Part shown: positions 1 to 8,660 of the stretch, in pieces
Numbering within the stretch: position 1 is the first letter of the stretch
Layout: each line of letters opens with the position of its first letter
Virus record (IMG/VR): IMGVR_UViG_3300017785_001263
Location: 1 to 28,924 of that record
Direction: 5' to 3' (one strand)
DNA length: 28,924 nucleotides
Source: a virus
Lineage: Duplodnaviria; Caudoviricetes
Translations under genes and position numbers: made by a program
The notes under the pieces: generated by a model
What the model saw: only the letters and a program-made list of their open reading frames with translations
Told to the model about the DNA's origin: nothing
Database searches by the model: none

Positions 1-81
1 ACCAGTCTCGTCAAACCACACAAACACACTATCACCGTACTGGTAAATATCTGGTTCAATTTTAATCGGATAAGTTTTCAT
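1..81 (-). CDS. hypothetical protein, 5' part only (MKTYPIKIEPDIYQYGDSVFVWFDETG...), runs off the window
   Basis: Manually read ATG at 81-79 behind a purine-rich RBS (AAGGGTGAAAGAAGT); frame open to the window edge. Confidence 0.6.
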   Translation of the reverse strand, partial: MKTYPIKIEPDIYQYGDSVFVWFDETG

Positions 82-102
82 ACTTCTTTCACCCTTATAA
101 TT

Positions 103-185
103 TGGCCGGCCCTATACCCATTCCTATCGAGGAATAGAAGCATTTGATTTCATCCGTAACCGACCGGCAGTTACAGTATAGACCG
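103..185 (-). ncRNA. putative tRNA-like structured RNA ending in GCCA
   Basis: Minus strand: CGGTCTATAC pairs with GTATAG(G)GCCG, leaving a 3' GCCA overhang; it encloses two hairpins (TGTAACTG/CGGTTACG and CTATTCC/GGAATGG); lies just downstream of tRNA-Pro. Confidence 0.55.
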
Positions 186-238
186 TTCTTAATTCACCAT
201 CAGCCGATGAACGATCTAAGATCGATCGATGGCGTTCT

Positions 239-315
239 TGGTCCGAGTGAAGAGATTTGAACTCCCGACCCATTGCTCCCAAAGCAATTGCGCTACCAGA
301 CTGCGCTACACTCGG
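239..315 (-). tRNA. tRNA-Pro (UGG)
   Basis: Cloverleaf: CCGAGTG/CACTCGG acceptor, ATTGC-TT-TGG-GA-GCAAT anticodon arm, TTCAAAT T-loop, encoded CCA. Confidence 0.96.
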
Positions 316-322
316 ACTTTAT

Positions 323-412
323 TTATTGTGGAATAGCTGAGACCGCGAAGTAGTAAGCGAAAGGAATACTAACCATACCAAACCAGCAAATTGCGATGAT
401 AAACTTAGACAC
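323..412 (-). CDS. small hydrophobic membrane peptide (29 aa, MSKFIIAICWFGMVSIPFAYYFAVSAIPQ)
   Basis: GTG start after the AAGGAAA SD of the conserved promoter/leader cassette; single TM-like segment. Confidence 0.55.
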   Translation of the reverse strand: MSKFIIAICWFGMVSIPFAYYFAVSAIPQ

Positions 413-416
413 TGTC

Positions 417-473
417 ACTTTCCTTTTCCATACCTTACAATATTACTATAACCCATCTAGATACAAATGTCAA
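417..473 (-). promoter_or_regulatory. sigma70-type early promoter with conserved leader (cassette copy 1)
   Basis: TTGACA-N17-TATAGT followed by ...GTAAGGTATGGAAAAGGAAA. Confidence 0.8.
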
Positions 474-482
474 CAACTATTT

Positions 483-623
483 TCACTCAATCGCACTTTT
501 TCTAGAAACAAGCTCGATCAACATCATATTGTTTGATCTAGTAGATATGAGATTACTGATAGCTAAACCGAAGTTAACTATGACAATAAGGGGTAGCAAA
601 ATGGACCAAATCTTTTTTAACAT
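483..623 (-). CDS. small N-terminally hydrophobic protein (46 aa, MLKKIWSILLPLIVIVNFGLAIS...)
   Basis: Manually read ORF exactly filling the gap between tRNA-Trp and the next promoter; no clear SD. Confidence 0.45.
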   Translation of the reverse strand: MLKKIWSILLPLIVIVNFGLAISNLISTRSNNMMLIELVSRKSAIE

Positions 624-636
624 ATTTCTATATATC

Positions 637-710
637 TGGCGAAGGTGCAGAGAGTCGAACTCTGGCTTGCGGTTTTGGAGACCGCCGTGCTACCATAACA
701 CTTCACCGAC
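637..710 (-). tRNA. tRNA-Trp (CCA), atypical acceptor stem and A8/U14
   Basis: GCGGT-CT-CCA-AA-ACCGC anticodon arm, CAGAG-TTCGACT-CTCTG T-arm, G73, encoded CCA. Confidence 0.9.
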
Positions 711-715
711 ATATT

Positions 716-791
716 TGGCTCCCTGACTTGGGCTCGAACCAAGGACATTTTGATTAACAGTCAAACGCTCTACCAACTGAGCTATCAGGAA
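716..791 (-). tRNA. tRNA-Asn (GUU)
   Basis: Canonical cloverleaf: TTTGA-CT-GTT-AA-TCAAA anticodon arm, G73, encoded CCA. Confidence 0.96.
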
Positions 792-808
792 ACATTCTTC
801 TTACTTAC

Positions 809-837
809 ACAATACTATGTATATAGCCTTATGTCAA
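809..837 (-). promoter_or_regulatory. sigma70-type promoter for the tRNA cluster
   Basis: TTGACA-N17-TATTGT about 18 nt upstream of tRNA-Asn. Confidence 0.65.
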
Positions 838-854
838 GCATTATTTTACTACTA

Positions 855-2234
855 TCACGTAATAAAATCCTTTAGTCTTTTTTTACGATCATCTTCAGCT
901 GATCCAAATGAAGATTTATTGAATACTGGCGTATCGTCCATGATATCACCCTGTGCTGACTCCTCTACGTTGTATAGCCTCATCTTAGCACGATCAATCC
1001 CAACCACGAAGCGCCGATGAATCGTTGGGTCGTTATAACGATTCTTGAGTTGCTTAATCATGATCTGATTCAGATCTTCCATTTGTTCACTGGAGATGAG
1101 CGCGAACATTAAGTCAGCAGTCGCCGGTAGGCCGAAAGACTCAGCGGTGTCTGTCAATTCGACGTCAGAATTACCGTATCCAGATCTAGTAGTCTGAGTA
1201 GCAGAAACCACAGGAACGTTAAACTCAACGGCAAGACCACGTAGTTCTTCAGCAATCGACTTAATGTAAGTATACGAATTGATGTTTGAACCCGCTTTGA
1301 TGCGACTAGAAGAGCATATGTTGAGATAGTCAATGTAGATAATATCAGGAATAAAATTTCGCTTGATACGAAGTTCATTGATAAGATGACGAAAGTTTGC
1401 AGAGCCAGCAGAAGCGGTAGGGTATTCTTTAACGATAAGCTTTCCAATAGTCTTCTCCTTTACTCGACTAAGCTTCTTGTCATACGAGTCTTTTGGAAGA
1501 GTAGAAAGTTCGTCGACAGTAACATTCAAAAGGTTTGCATCGATGCGCTCGGCGATCTTTTCCTCTGACATTTCCATTGTAATGTAAAGTACGTTCTTAC
1601 CTTGTGTCAGATTGTAAGATGCACAGTGACACATGAATAGTGACTTACCCACGCCAGTTCCGGCTAGAGCGATATTAAGAGTCTTTCTAACAAGTCCACC
1701 CTTCGTGATTTTATTCAAATAATCAATATCGAATGGAATGTGTTCTTCCTTACGATGATAGAACTCATATCGATCGTCTGAGTTTGCGAAATAGTCATGA
1801 CCGATGCTTACATCAAAAGAAACACCTAGGGCTTCACTAAGAAGTGTTGGGATGGCTCCTGTCGATGAAGCGCCGCTTTTATCATCGATGATCTTAATCG
1901 AAGCCATGATAGCGTTATAGATCGCCTTCTCTTGACAGAACTTCTCGGTAGAGTCGAGAAGCCACTTGAGCTCGGTGTTGTCTACTTGCAAGTCTTCAAT
2001 AAGTCGTTTAGACTCTTTGAACGCATTCTCGTTGAGACCATCACGATTGTTGAGCTCAATCATCAACACCTCTTTAGTTGGGGTGCTATTGTACTTTTTA
2101 ACATAGTCATCAATCAGACTATAGACTACTTTGTCAGATAGGTTATGGAAGTATTCATTCTTAAGGAAAGGAAGACTTTTTCTTGCATAAGACTCATTGA
2201 ATACTAAGTGTGATAAGATAGTCTTTTCAATCAT
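855..2234 (-). CDS. 41: T4 gp41-like replicative DNA helicase (DnaB family)
   Basis: Walker A AGTGVGKS, IYIDYLNIC, ATQTTRSG, ESFGLPATAD, KQLKNRY; position after uvsX. Confidence 0.97.
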   Translation of the reverse strand: MIEKTILSHLVFNESYARKSLPFLKNEYFHNLSDKVVYSLIDDYVKKYNSTPTKEVLMIELNNRDGLNENAFKESKRLIEDLQVDNTELKWLLDSTEKFCQEKAIYNAIMASIKIIDDKSGASSTGAIPTLLSEALGVSFDVSIGHDYFANSDDRYEFYHRKEEHIPFDIDYLNKITKGGLVRKTLNIALAGTGVGKSLFMCHCASYNLTQGKNVLYITMEMSEEKIAERIDANLLNVTVDELSTLPKDSYDKKLSRVKEKTIGKLIVKEYPTASAGSANFRHLINELRIKRNFIPDIIYIDYLNICSSSRIKAGSNINSYTYIKSIAEELRGLAVEFNVPVVSATQTTRSGYGNSDVELTDTAESFGLPATADLMFALISSEQMEDLNQIMIKQLKNRYNDPTIHRRFVVGIDRAKMRLYNVEESAQGDIMDDTPVFNKSSFGSAEDDRKKRLKDFIT

Positions 2235-2261
2235 TTTTAACTTTCATCTGTGTTGTATTTT

Positions 2262-3308
2262 TTATTCTTCTATTTCATTTTGATTTACCAAAGATCCAGA
2301 AGCAATCGTGTATTTATTCTTAATCCATTCAGCAAAATCAGTAGTCTTCAACAATGTTTTCCAAGCTTCACCATTATCTTCAATCTCAGAAGCTTTCATC
2401 TTTGCACCAATGAGTTCGCCAGTTGTTCTATCAACAAACTGATAGGATTGGGATGTAGGTTTCGAAATGTAACCTCCTTCGAGAGCTAAGTCGAGTAGGC
2501 CTGACCACTTTTTGATACCACCCTCATAAGAGACAGTGATTGGGATCTTAGACTTTTCTTTAACATAACGAGACTTTTCAACATTAATAACAAAGTTATA
2601 GCCAGTGATCTCCTTGCCGTCTTTCTCCTGTTGACGACCAAGGATCCAAATAGTATCAGCTGAATAATAGATACCAGTACCACCTGAGACAATATCACGT
2701 GGATAGAGAGCCATCTCTTTGTAAGTGTGGTTGACTACAATGAGTGGAATATCTTTGATTGTCAGATGCGGTGTTACCATACGGAAAAGTGATTTAAGTG
2801 CTTTAGCTCGGGACATATCGGCGACTGACTTACCTTCAAGAGCATCGTCAGTTTCTTTCTTTGATGCCAAGTTACCGACCGAGTCAATAACGATCACCAC
2901 CTTATCGTCACGACCGATTTCTTCAAGTTGCTTGACGATATCAAACTTGAGTTTTTCGATGTCGGTGATTGGCGTATGAATTACACGATCCATGTCAATG
3001 TTGAAAGACTCAAAGTAACTTTTTGGCGTACCAAACTCAGAGTCATAGAATAAAAGAACACTCTCTGGGTACTGCTTCATATAAGCGCCAGCCATAAGGA
3101 GAGAAAAGGCTGACTTGAAGTGCTTCGACGGACCAGCCATAATGGTTAGTCCTGGAGTTAATCCACCGTCGATGCGACCCGAGAGCGCTACGTTCACCAT
3201 TGGAACGCTAGTTGTAATCATATCTTTACGATTATAGATCTTACTTTCAGTGAGTACTGAAGATAGTTCGATCGTAGAATTCTTGATAAGGCGATTGATA
3301 AGAGACAA
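2262..3308 (-). CDS. uvsX: UvsX RecA-like recombinase
   Basis: AGPSKHFKS, FYDSEFG, SGGTGIYYSAD, KSRYVKEKSKIP motifs; TTG start with GGAG SD. Confidence 0.97.
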   Translation of the reverse strand: MSLINRLIKNSTIELSSVLTESKIYNRKDMITTSVPMVNVALSGRIDGGLTPGLTIMAGPSKHFKSAFSLLMAGAYMKQYPESVLLFYDSEFGTPKSYFESFNIDMDRVIHTPITDIEKLKFDIVKQLEEIGRDDKVVIVIDSVGNLASKKETDDALEGKSVADMSRAKALKSLFRMVTPHLTIKDIPLIVVNHTYKEMALYPRDIVSGGTGIYYSADTIWILGRQQEKDGKEITGYNFVINVEKSRYVKEKSKIPITVSYEGGIKKWSGLLDLALEGGYISKPTSQSYQFVDRTTGELIGAKMKASEIEDNGEAWKTLLKTTDFAEWIKNKYTIASGSLVNQNEIEE

Positions 3309-3353
3309 TGTGATACTCCATGTTCACGATCTAAGTATATCTAAATATAATAT

Positions 3354-3382
3354 AGTATACAACTTTTTGGTATATATGTCAA
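3354..3382 (-). promoter_or_regulatory. sigma70-type promoter for uvsX-41
   Basis: TTGACA-N17-TATACT. Confidence 0.8.
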
Positions 3383-3403
3383 TCTTTTTTATGCAGTATT
3401 CGT

Positions 3404-4054
3404 TTATTTTTTCAGTATCCAATAAGAAGATGACTCATACCAAATATGCAATAAATTACTATGCTCCAGAGAACATCCTAATTCAGTTGCTATATTTCTA
3501 ACTAAAAGAGTCATTTTTGGTTTGTCTGATTCACTATTTCTTGTATGAAAATAATTTCTACCAAAAATCATTCCATTGGGTTTTAATAACGGGAAAAGTT
3601 TTCTTATTAAACTATAGAACAATTTGTCATATCCATGACTGCCGTCTGCGTTCAAATCGCAATAAATGAAATTCCATTCTTTAAAGATTCTTTTATCATC
3701 AGAGGTTTCATTTAATTCTATGTTTATTATTTCAGCATCAACGTTATACATCTTTAAGAAAAATTCTAAATTTTCTTGATTATTTTCAATATTATGAACG
3801 CTCGTGTAAGGTAAACATTTTTCCATAAGAAAGGAAAAGATGAAGGCGTCTACAATGACTATGTTTGGTGAGTCAGCAAACTTATTAACAATTATGGCTT
3901 CAGCTCCAAGACCAACACCCAGCATAAGCACATCTGCATTGGGTGGAAACTGAAAACTCTGGGTTGCTATTTCAAGAAGAAATTCTTTTTCGCATTGTGT
4001 TGGAACCGTAGAACAAAGATCATCTATAAATTTCATTTTTTTCTTATAATCCAA
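3404..4054 (-). CDS. class I SAM-dependent methyltransferase (Methyltransf_24-like)
   Basis: VLMLGVGLGAE (motif I), IVIVD, WNFIYCD, LKPNGMIFGRNY. Confidence 0.75.
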   Translation of the reverse strand: MDYKKKMKFIDDLCSTVPTQCEKEFLLEIATQSFQFPPNADVLMLGVGLGAEAIIVNKFADSPNIVIVDAFIFSFLMEKCLPYTSVHNIENNQENLEFFLKMYNVDAEIINIELNETSDDKRIFKEWNFIYCDLNADGSHGYDKLFYSLIRKLFPLLKPNGMIFGRNYFHTRNSESDKPKMTLLVRNIATELGCSLEHSNLLHIWYESSSYWILKK

Positions 4055-4686
4055 TAAAGATTTCTACTTTTATTATCAAAATCAAATTCAATAGCATCAT
4101 TCAATTCATAGAATAATGATTCTACTATTGGAGTCATCTTAAAATCTGGTTTTGTAAAATAAAAGAAATCGTCTCCCATTAGAATTCCGCCATCATTTAA
4201 CATATTCCATAATTTCTCAAGCATTTTCTTTATCATATCGAATTGTTGTATAGCGCCCCCATTATCATCACAGTCATAATATATGAAATCCCAGTCAGCA
4301 CTAATCTCATCAATGATTTTAGTTTCATAGATATTTTTATCAAATACATCATCTACATATACATCAAAATCTTTGCAATGTTTCAAATAATCTTGACGAG
4401 TGTTACTTATTTCGCCACGATCTTCAAATTTTATTTTAAATTTCCCTTTAGCCAATCCTCGAGCCCGATCTTCAAATTCGTTTTCATACCATTCGTCAAT
4501 CGAGGTTATCTTACAAGTCGGACACATTTTTTTTATTACTATAGTTTCTGCGCCTTGACCTGGACCAAGGATTAAAACTTTGGAGAAAGGCTTTAACTTC
4601 GAAGCCTCTTCTCCTATCTTTAGTAGATCTTTTTTATGTTTGTAAGTCGGAATTGTTTTTAGAATTTTTTCAATCAAGTCTTCCAA
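4033..4686 (-). CDS. class I SAM-dependent methyltransferase (Methyltransf_24-like), paralogue of neighbour
   Basis: VLILGPGQGAE, ITSIDEW, WDFIYYD, LNDGGILMGDDF. Confidence 0.8.
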   Translation of the reverse strand: MEDLIEKILKTIPTYKHKKDLLKIGEEASKLKPFSKVLILGPGQGAETIVIKKMCPTCKITSIDEWYENEFEDRARGLAKGKFKIKFEDRGEISNTRQDYLKHCKDFDVYVDDVFDKNIYETKIIDEISADWDFIYYDCDDNGGAIQQFDMIKKMLEKLWNMLNDGGILMGDDFFYFTKPDFKMTPIVESLFYELNDAIEFDFDNKSRNLYWIIRKK

Positions 4687-5329
4687 ATGCCCATTTCCTT
4701 TCTACACACCACCAACATTTTCCGCAATGAGGTTGAGTAAAATGTGTTTTTCTACTTTCACAACTTCTCGTGATTGGAAAAAGCGTATCAGTTAATCCAT
4801 AATAGTTATACAATTCGGCAATAGCTTTCTTATTCACATTAGCAAAAGGAACATATGAGTTCTTTCTTTTGATGGGCTTTATGCCTAAAGATTTTTCTCT
4901 ATCAGCCATGCCATCCCAGCCATTGTCAAGTACAAGCTTGACGTCAGCATCTGGGTTTTCAGTTATTCCAGTGAAGTGAGTTTGTATAATGCCGTTATTT
5001 CTCAATAGTCTTGTATACTCAGTTAGTTCTTCGGCATAAGTGTCAGGATTAACTAATTCAGGTTTTATTTGGTGAATATAGAATTGCACTCCAACTTGTT
5101 TTTCGATAAATCCAATTACTCTGTGAGCAAAAATATGTTGGTAAGGTTTGGCCGCATTAATGGCTGTGAATGGAATCAGATCTATGTCTCGCACATCTCT
5201 TTTATACAAGGCTAACATGTACGACAGGATCGCGCTGTCTGCTCCTCCTGAAATCTTTATTCCAACTTTAGAATATTTCTCAGGAACATCGATGATTATT
5301 TCACCCTGAGACGTTTCAACTTTAATCAT
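4670..5329 (-). CDS. QueC-like PP-loop ATPase
   Basis: ISGGADS PP-loop; C-terminal TRSC...HCGKCWWCVER Zn-binding motif; ATGA overlap with the gp43 stop. Confidence 0.8.
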   Translation of the reverse strand: MIKVETSQGEIIIDVPEKYSKVGIKISGGADSAILSYMLALYKRDVRDIDLIPFTAINAAKPYQHIFAHRVIGFIEKQVGVQFYIHQIKPELVNPDTYAEELTEYTRLLRNNGIIQTHFTGITENPDADVKLVLDNGWDGMADREKSLGIKPIKRKNSYVPFANVNKKAIAELYNYYGLTDTLFPITRSCESRKTHFTQPHCGKCWWCVERKWAFGRLD

Positions 5330-7833
5330 CCAAAGAACCCTTCAATAGATGCTTTCTTTTCAGTCTGCCATCCAATCGCATCGAGGATCGTCTTGAGAGG
5401 ATCGACGAAAGTTTTAGCATACTGCAGCTCATAGTCTATATATGTTTCAAGACCAAGCTCAGGAGGTAGAGCGCCAAGTGTTGCAATAACGTTTTCGCGG
5501 ATTGGATTAGGAAGTTTCATATAGCAGAACTTAATCTTGTCGCCTTCTTTGATTAGTTCATAGCGATTATTGAGTTTCTTTTGCTTGATGAAGTGATTGT
5601 ACAGAAGAGCACCACGAACTTGAATAGGCGTGCCTTTCCTATAAATTCCATCACGATCACCATATTCGCCGAGACCTTTGCAGCCACGAGGGAACGCGAC
5701 TTCTTCGTATGGGAGCTTATAGAACTTCTTGCGGAATTCATCGATGAATTCTACTACGTCTCGTTCTGACTTTTCAATAATGATCTTGATACACTTTTTG
5801 ATGTTTTCGCGACAGGCTTGAGGTGTCGATGATCTTACTGCTTCGATTCCGACAATCTTAATCTTAGGTTCAGAGTAAGCAACACCTTCGTTGTTCCACA
5901 CATTCAAGATGTAGTGCTTCTTTGCGGTCCATATACCTTTGTCGGCGATGGCTTCGCGCTTCATCTTCATCTTTTGAGAGTAGGCATTAACATATCCGCT
6001 AAGGCGCTCATAGCATAACTCAATATAAGGTTCAAGCTTCCCATCAATAGCCTCGTCCAAGAATTTGACGATTTCAGGTGTAGGATGCTTCTCGAGGCCG
6101 CATTTATTGACCAACGAGTCAAGCGTAATGTACATAGAATCCGTATCGCATGCAATGACATAGTCTTTGTCTTTCGTTTTAAAGAGTTTGTTTAGATACT
6201 TATTCATATCGCGCGCGATCCACATAATCGCCAACTGACCAGAAAGAGTGATAGACTCAGCAAGAGTGTCATCATACCAGCGAAAATATTTATTCGATAG
6301 AGCACCATAAGCTGAGTTCAATTGGATCTTTCGCGCGAGTTGCATATTGTGGTTCTGCGCAATGATCTTTTCAAGTTCAGGAGTAGGTGTCTTCTCGTAT
6401 TGTTGTTTTGCTTCGAGCATTCTATTCTTATACACGACGCGATCGTTATACATTTTTTCCATGAGCTTAGGAAGAAATCCTTGTTTACTGCGATCAAACA
6501 TAACACCTGAACCAGTAACCGCTACGTTTCTGGCAATAATCTCATTCTTAATTTGTGGTTCGTCGAGGTAGCCATCCATGATCCTTTCGACTGAGGTTTC
6601 TTCACTGAGTGGAAGTCTGCCGGCGAAAGTTTCAGGAGAGATGTTGTATTGCATGATTAGATGAGGGTAGAGAGAATTCAAGTCGAATGACACAACCCAC
6701 TTGTGCATGCCTAAGATAGGATCTTTAACGTAGCCACCAACAATGTTCTTGTCTTTCTTTGACTGTTTAGTTTGTGGAATGACGACGTGTTGACCAATTA
6801 GATAGTTGTGAATGATCACATCCCAGATGCGAACGGATCCAAAAACATCTTGGTAGTTTACCTTTGCGTCGTAGGCAATAGCAAACACCTGCTCAATTAA
6901 CTTAAGCTTATCGTCGAGCTTTGCAACGATCTCGACATCGCGGATGTTATACTCAATAAACTTTTGGAAGTCATTCCTGTAAAGCTCGAGCAAAGAACCG
7001 TGTTCCGAATAGTCGATCTTTTGAATGCCGAGTTCAATCTGACCGATATAGTCGAGACGATAAGACTCTTGGTTCGTGAATGAAAACTTTTTGTAAGCTC
7101 GCATATAGTCGAGCGAAGTGATACCCATGATGTCGTAGAACTTAGTTCCCTGATCATCTCGATCCTCCACCATATTCCATGGCGAAAGCTTTTTGTACAT
7201 CTCACCGCCAAGAATTCGTTGAACTCGGTTAACGATATATGGAATATCAAAACCATCGATGTTCCAACCGGTGACTACGTCAGGCGATAACCAAGTCGAT
7301 CGCCATAGATCTAAAAACTTGAGAAGAAGCCGCATCTCATCTTCACACTTGAAGTACTTGATCTTTTCGTTATCAGTTACGAACTCGCCGCAACCCAATA
7401 CAATGTAGATGTCGTTCTTCTTTATGGTGATAGCTGTGATAGGTTTTTCGGCTGTGTAAGGATCTGGAAATCCATCGTCAGACGCAACCTCGATGTCAAT
7501 GTTAACTACTGACACCATCGATGGATCGTAATTGATCTCGCCGGTGTAGTAATCATTGAGGAAAGGATATAGCCATTGCGTCATACCACAGATTTCAAAT
7601 CCATCTACGTTTGCGTATTGACGAGCAAAGTCTCGAGCTTCATTTGGACGATCGAAGTAGATCTTATCCATAGCCTTACCCTGCAGTGTTTTAAACTCTG
7701 CGTCTTGTCGCTTCGAATTTACGAAGAGATAAGGCTTGCATGGAATTTTGCGTTGAATTCTTTCACCGTTTTCAAATCCACGGAGAAAGATTGTGTCATA
7801 ATGTAAGAATGCGTTTGTATAGAACTTTGTCAT
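5326..7833 (-). CDS. 43: T4 gp43-like family B DNA polymerase (start corrected to MTKFYTN)
   Basis: DIEV exonuclease motif, SFDLNSLYP, KIQLNSAYG, CDTDS; the longer ORF-track start runs through a terminator and promoter. Confidence 0.97.
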   Translation of the reverse strand: MTKFYTNAFLHYDTIFLRGFENGERIQRKIPCKPYLFVNSKRQDAEFKTLQGKAMDKIYFDRPNEARDFARQYANVDGFEICGMTQWLYPFLNDYYTGEINYDPSMVSVVNIDIEVASDDGFPDPYTAEKPITAITIKKNDIYIVLGCGEFVTDNEKIKYFKCEDEMRLLLKFLDLWRSTWLSPDVVTGWNIDGFDIPYIVNRVQRILGGEMYKKLSPWNMVEDRDDQGTKFYDIMGITSLDYMRAYKKFSFTNQESYRLDYIGQIELGIQKIDYSEHGSLLELYRNDFQKFIEYNIRDVEIVAKLDDKLKLIEQVFAIAYDAKVNYQDVFGSVRIWDVIIHNYLIGQHVVIPQTKQSKKDKNIVGGYVKDPILGMHKWVVSFDLNSLYPHLIMQYNISPETFAGRLPLSEETSVERIMDGYLDEPQIKNEIIARNVAVTGSGVMFDRSKQGFLPKLMEKMYNDRVVYKNRMLEAKQQYEKTPTPELEKIIAQNHNMQLARKIQLNSAYGALSNKYFRWYDDTLAESITLSGQLAIMWIARDMNKYLNKLFKTKDKDYVIACDTDSMYITLDSLVNKCGLEKHPTPEIVKFLDEAIDGKLEPYIELCYERLSGYVNAYSQKMKMKREAIADKGIWTAKKHYILNVWNNEGVAYSEPKIKIVGIEAVRSSTPQACRENIKKCIKIIIEKSERDVVEFIDEFRKKFYKLPYEEVAFPRGCKGLGEYGDRDGIYRKGTPIQVRGALLYNHFIKQKKLNNRYELIKEGDKIKFCYMKLPNPIRENVIATLGALPPELGLETYIDYELQYAKTFVDPLKTILDAIGWQTEKKASIEGFFG

Positions 7834-7868
7834 ATCTTTATAGTAATCCAAACTCACCAATTTGTCAA
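7834..7868 (-). promoter_or_regulatory. sigma70-type promoter giving a probably leaderless gp43 mRNA
   Basis: TTGACA-N17-TACTAT-N6-ATG; no SD. Confidence 0.75.
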
Positions 7869-7870
7869 CT

Positions 7871-7896
7871 AAAAAGAGGGGGAAAATCCCCCTCTT
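7871..7896 (-). terminator. rho-independent terminator after hsp20-DUF1127
   Basis: AAGAGGGGGA-TTT-TCCCCCTCTT stem followed by a T run. Confidence 0.9.
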
Positions 7897-7921
7897 AATC
7901 ACTTTAGTTATAGACTAGTCT

Positions 7922-8104
7922 TCAGTTACCGGCCGTTTTAATCGACCATGAGCTATGTCTGGCGATACTTTCGATGTCACAACGGCTAAGACCGATGTCT
8001 TGTAAGTCTCTGTCCGATAAAGAATTCAACTCTTTGCGAGTACGACTTTCTTTTTCTTGACGCTGAAACCAGTTATCGATGTCTTTAAAGATTCTAATGA
8101 GCAA
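7922..8104 (-). CDS. DUF1127 (YjiS-like) small protein, probable TTG start
   Basis: RTRKELNSLSDRDLQDIGLSRCDI matches the DUF1127 signature; GAAGGA SD at the end of hsp20. Confidence 0.85.
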   Translation of the reverse strand: MLIRIFKDIDNWFQRQEKESRTRKELNSLSDRDLQDIGLSRCDIESIARHSSWSIKTAGN

Positions 8105-8105
8105 C

Positions 8106-8600
8106 TTATTTTCCTTCAGATAGGAAAGTCTTTTCAGACTTTGATTCTTCAGTCGGTTCATCAATCTCAATCTTCTTCGACTTCTTTGAATCTGGGATGA
8201 TGTTCTCGAGCCAGATCTTCAGCATGCCATTCAGAAGTTGAGCGTTTTTGATTTCTACCGTGTCTGATACGTTAAAGGTTCTTGAGAAAGCGCGATCGGC
8301 GATTCCCTTATAGAGATAGTGACCACCTTCTTGATCGGATTCAATCCTACCCATAATCGTAAGAGTTCCATCGTTAATCTCGACGTCGAGGTGTTGCTTA
8401 CCAAAACCTGCTACTGCAATTTCGATAACGTACTTGTTCTCGTCTAACTTAACAATGTTGTATGGCGGGTAATTGGGCAGAGACCTGGAGATTGATTGAG
8501 AAATCTCATTAAATCTTTTTACGATTGGCTCATAGCCAACAAAGTATCTAGAATCAAAGAATTTAGTGTGAAGCAAATTAGATGCATTGATGTCAGTCAT
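8106..8600 (-). CDS. small heat shock protein Hsp20 (IbpA-like)
   Basis: NYPPYNI, IEIAVAGF, YLYKGIADRAFSRTF, NGMLKIWLE. Confidence 0.95.
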   Translation of the reverse strand: MTDINASNLLHTKFFDSRYFVGYEPIVKRFNEISQSISRSLPNYPPYNIVKLDENKYVIEIAVAGFGKQHLDVEINDGTLTIMGRIESDQEGGHYLYKGIADRAFSRTFNVSDTVEIKNAQLLNGMLKIWLENIIPDSKKSKKIEIDEPTEESKSEKTFLSEGK

Positions 8601-8657
8601 ATAGACCTCCTATTAAGCAAGGTTGATGTTTCAGTGGTTCCATTAGGCAACCACTCG
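8598..8657 (-). promoter_or_regulatory. ROSE-like RNA thermometer in the hsp20 5' UTR
   Basis: ACCTTGCT-TAAT-AGGAGGT hairpin (UUGCU paired with the SD, bulged G), preceded by an AGTGGTT/AACCACT hairpin. Confidence 0.75.
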
Positions 8658-8660
8658 TTA

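Noticed and set aside
103-236. Hammerhead ribozyme or fifth canonical tRNA
   Set aside because: No correctly placed CUGANGA/GAAA core, and no D-arm, 7-nt anticodon loop or TTCRA T-loop
4670-5329. Complete 7-deazaguanine DNA modification system
   Set aside because: No FolE, QueD or DpdA in the window, and the radical SAM protein has a SPASM-like tail and lacks QueE features
7834-7902. N-terminal extension of gp43 in the ORF track
   Set aside because: It spans a terminator and promoter; the gp43-like sequence starts at MTKFYTN
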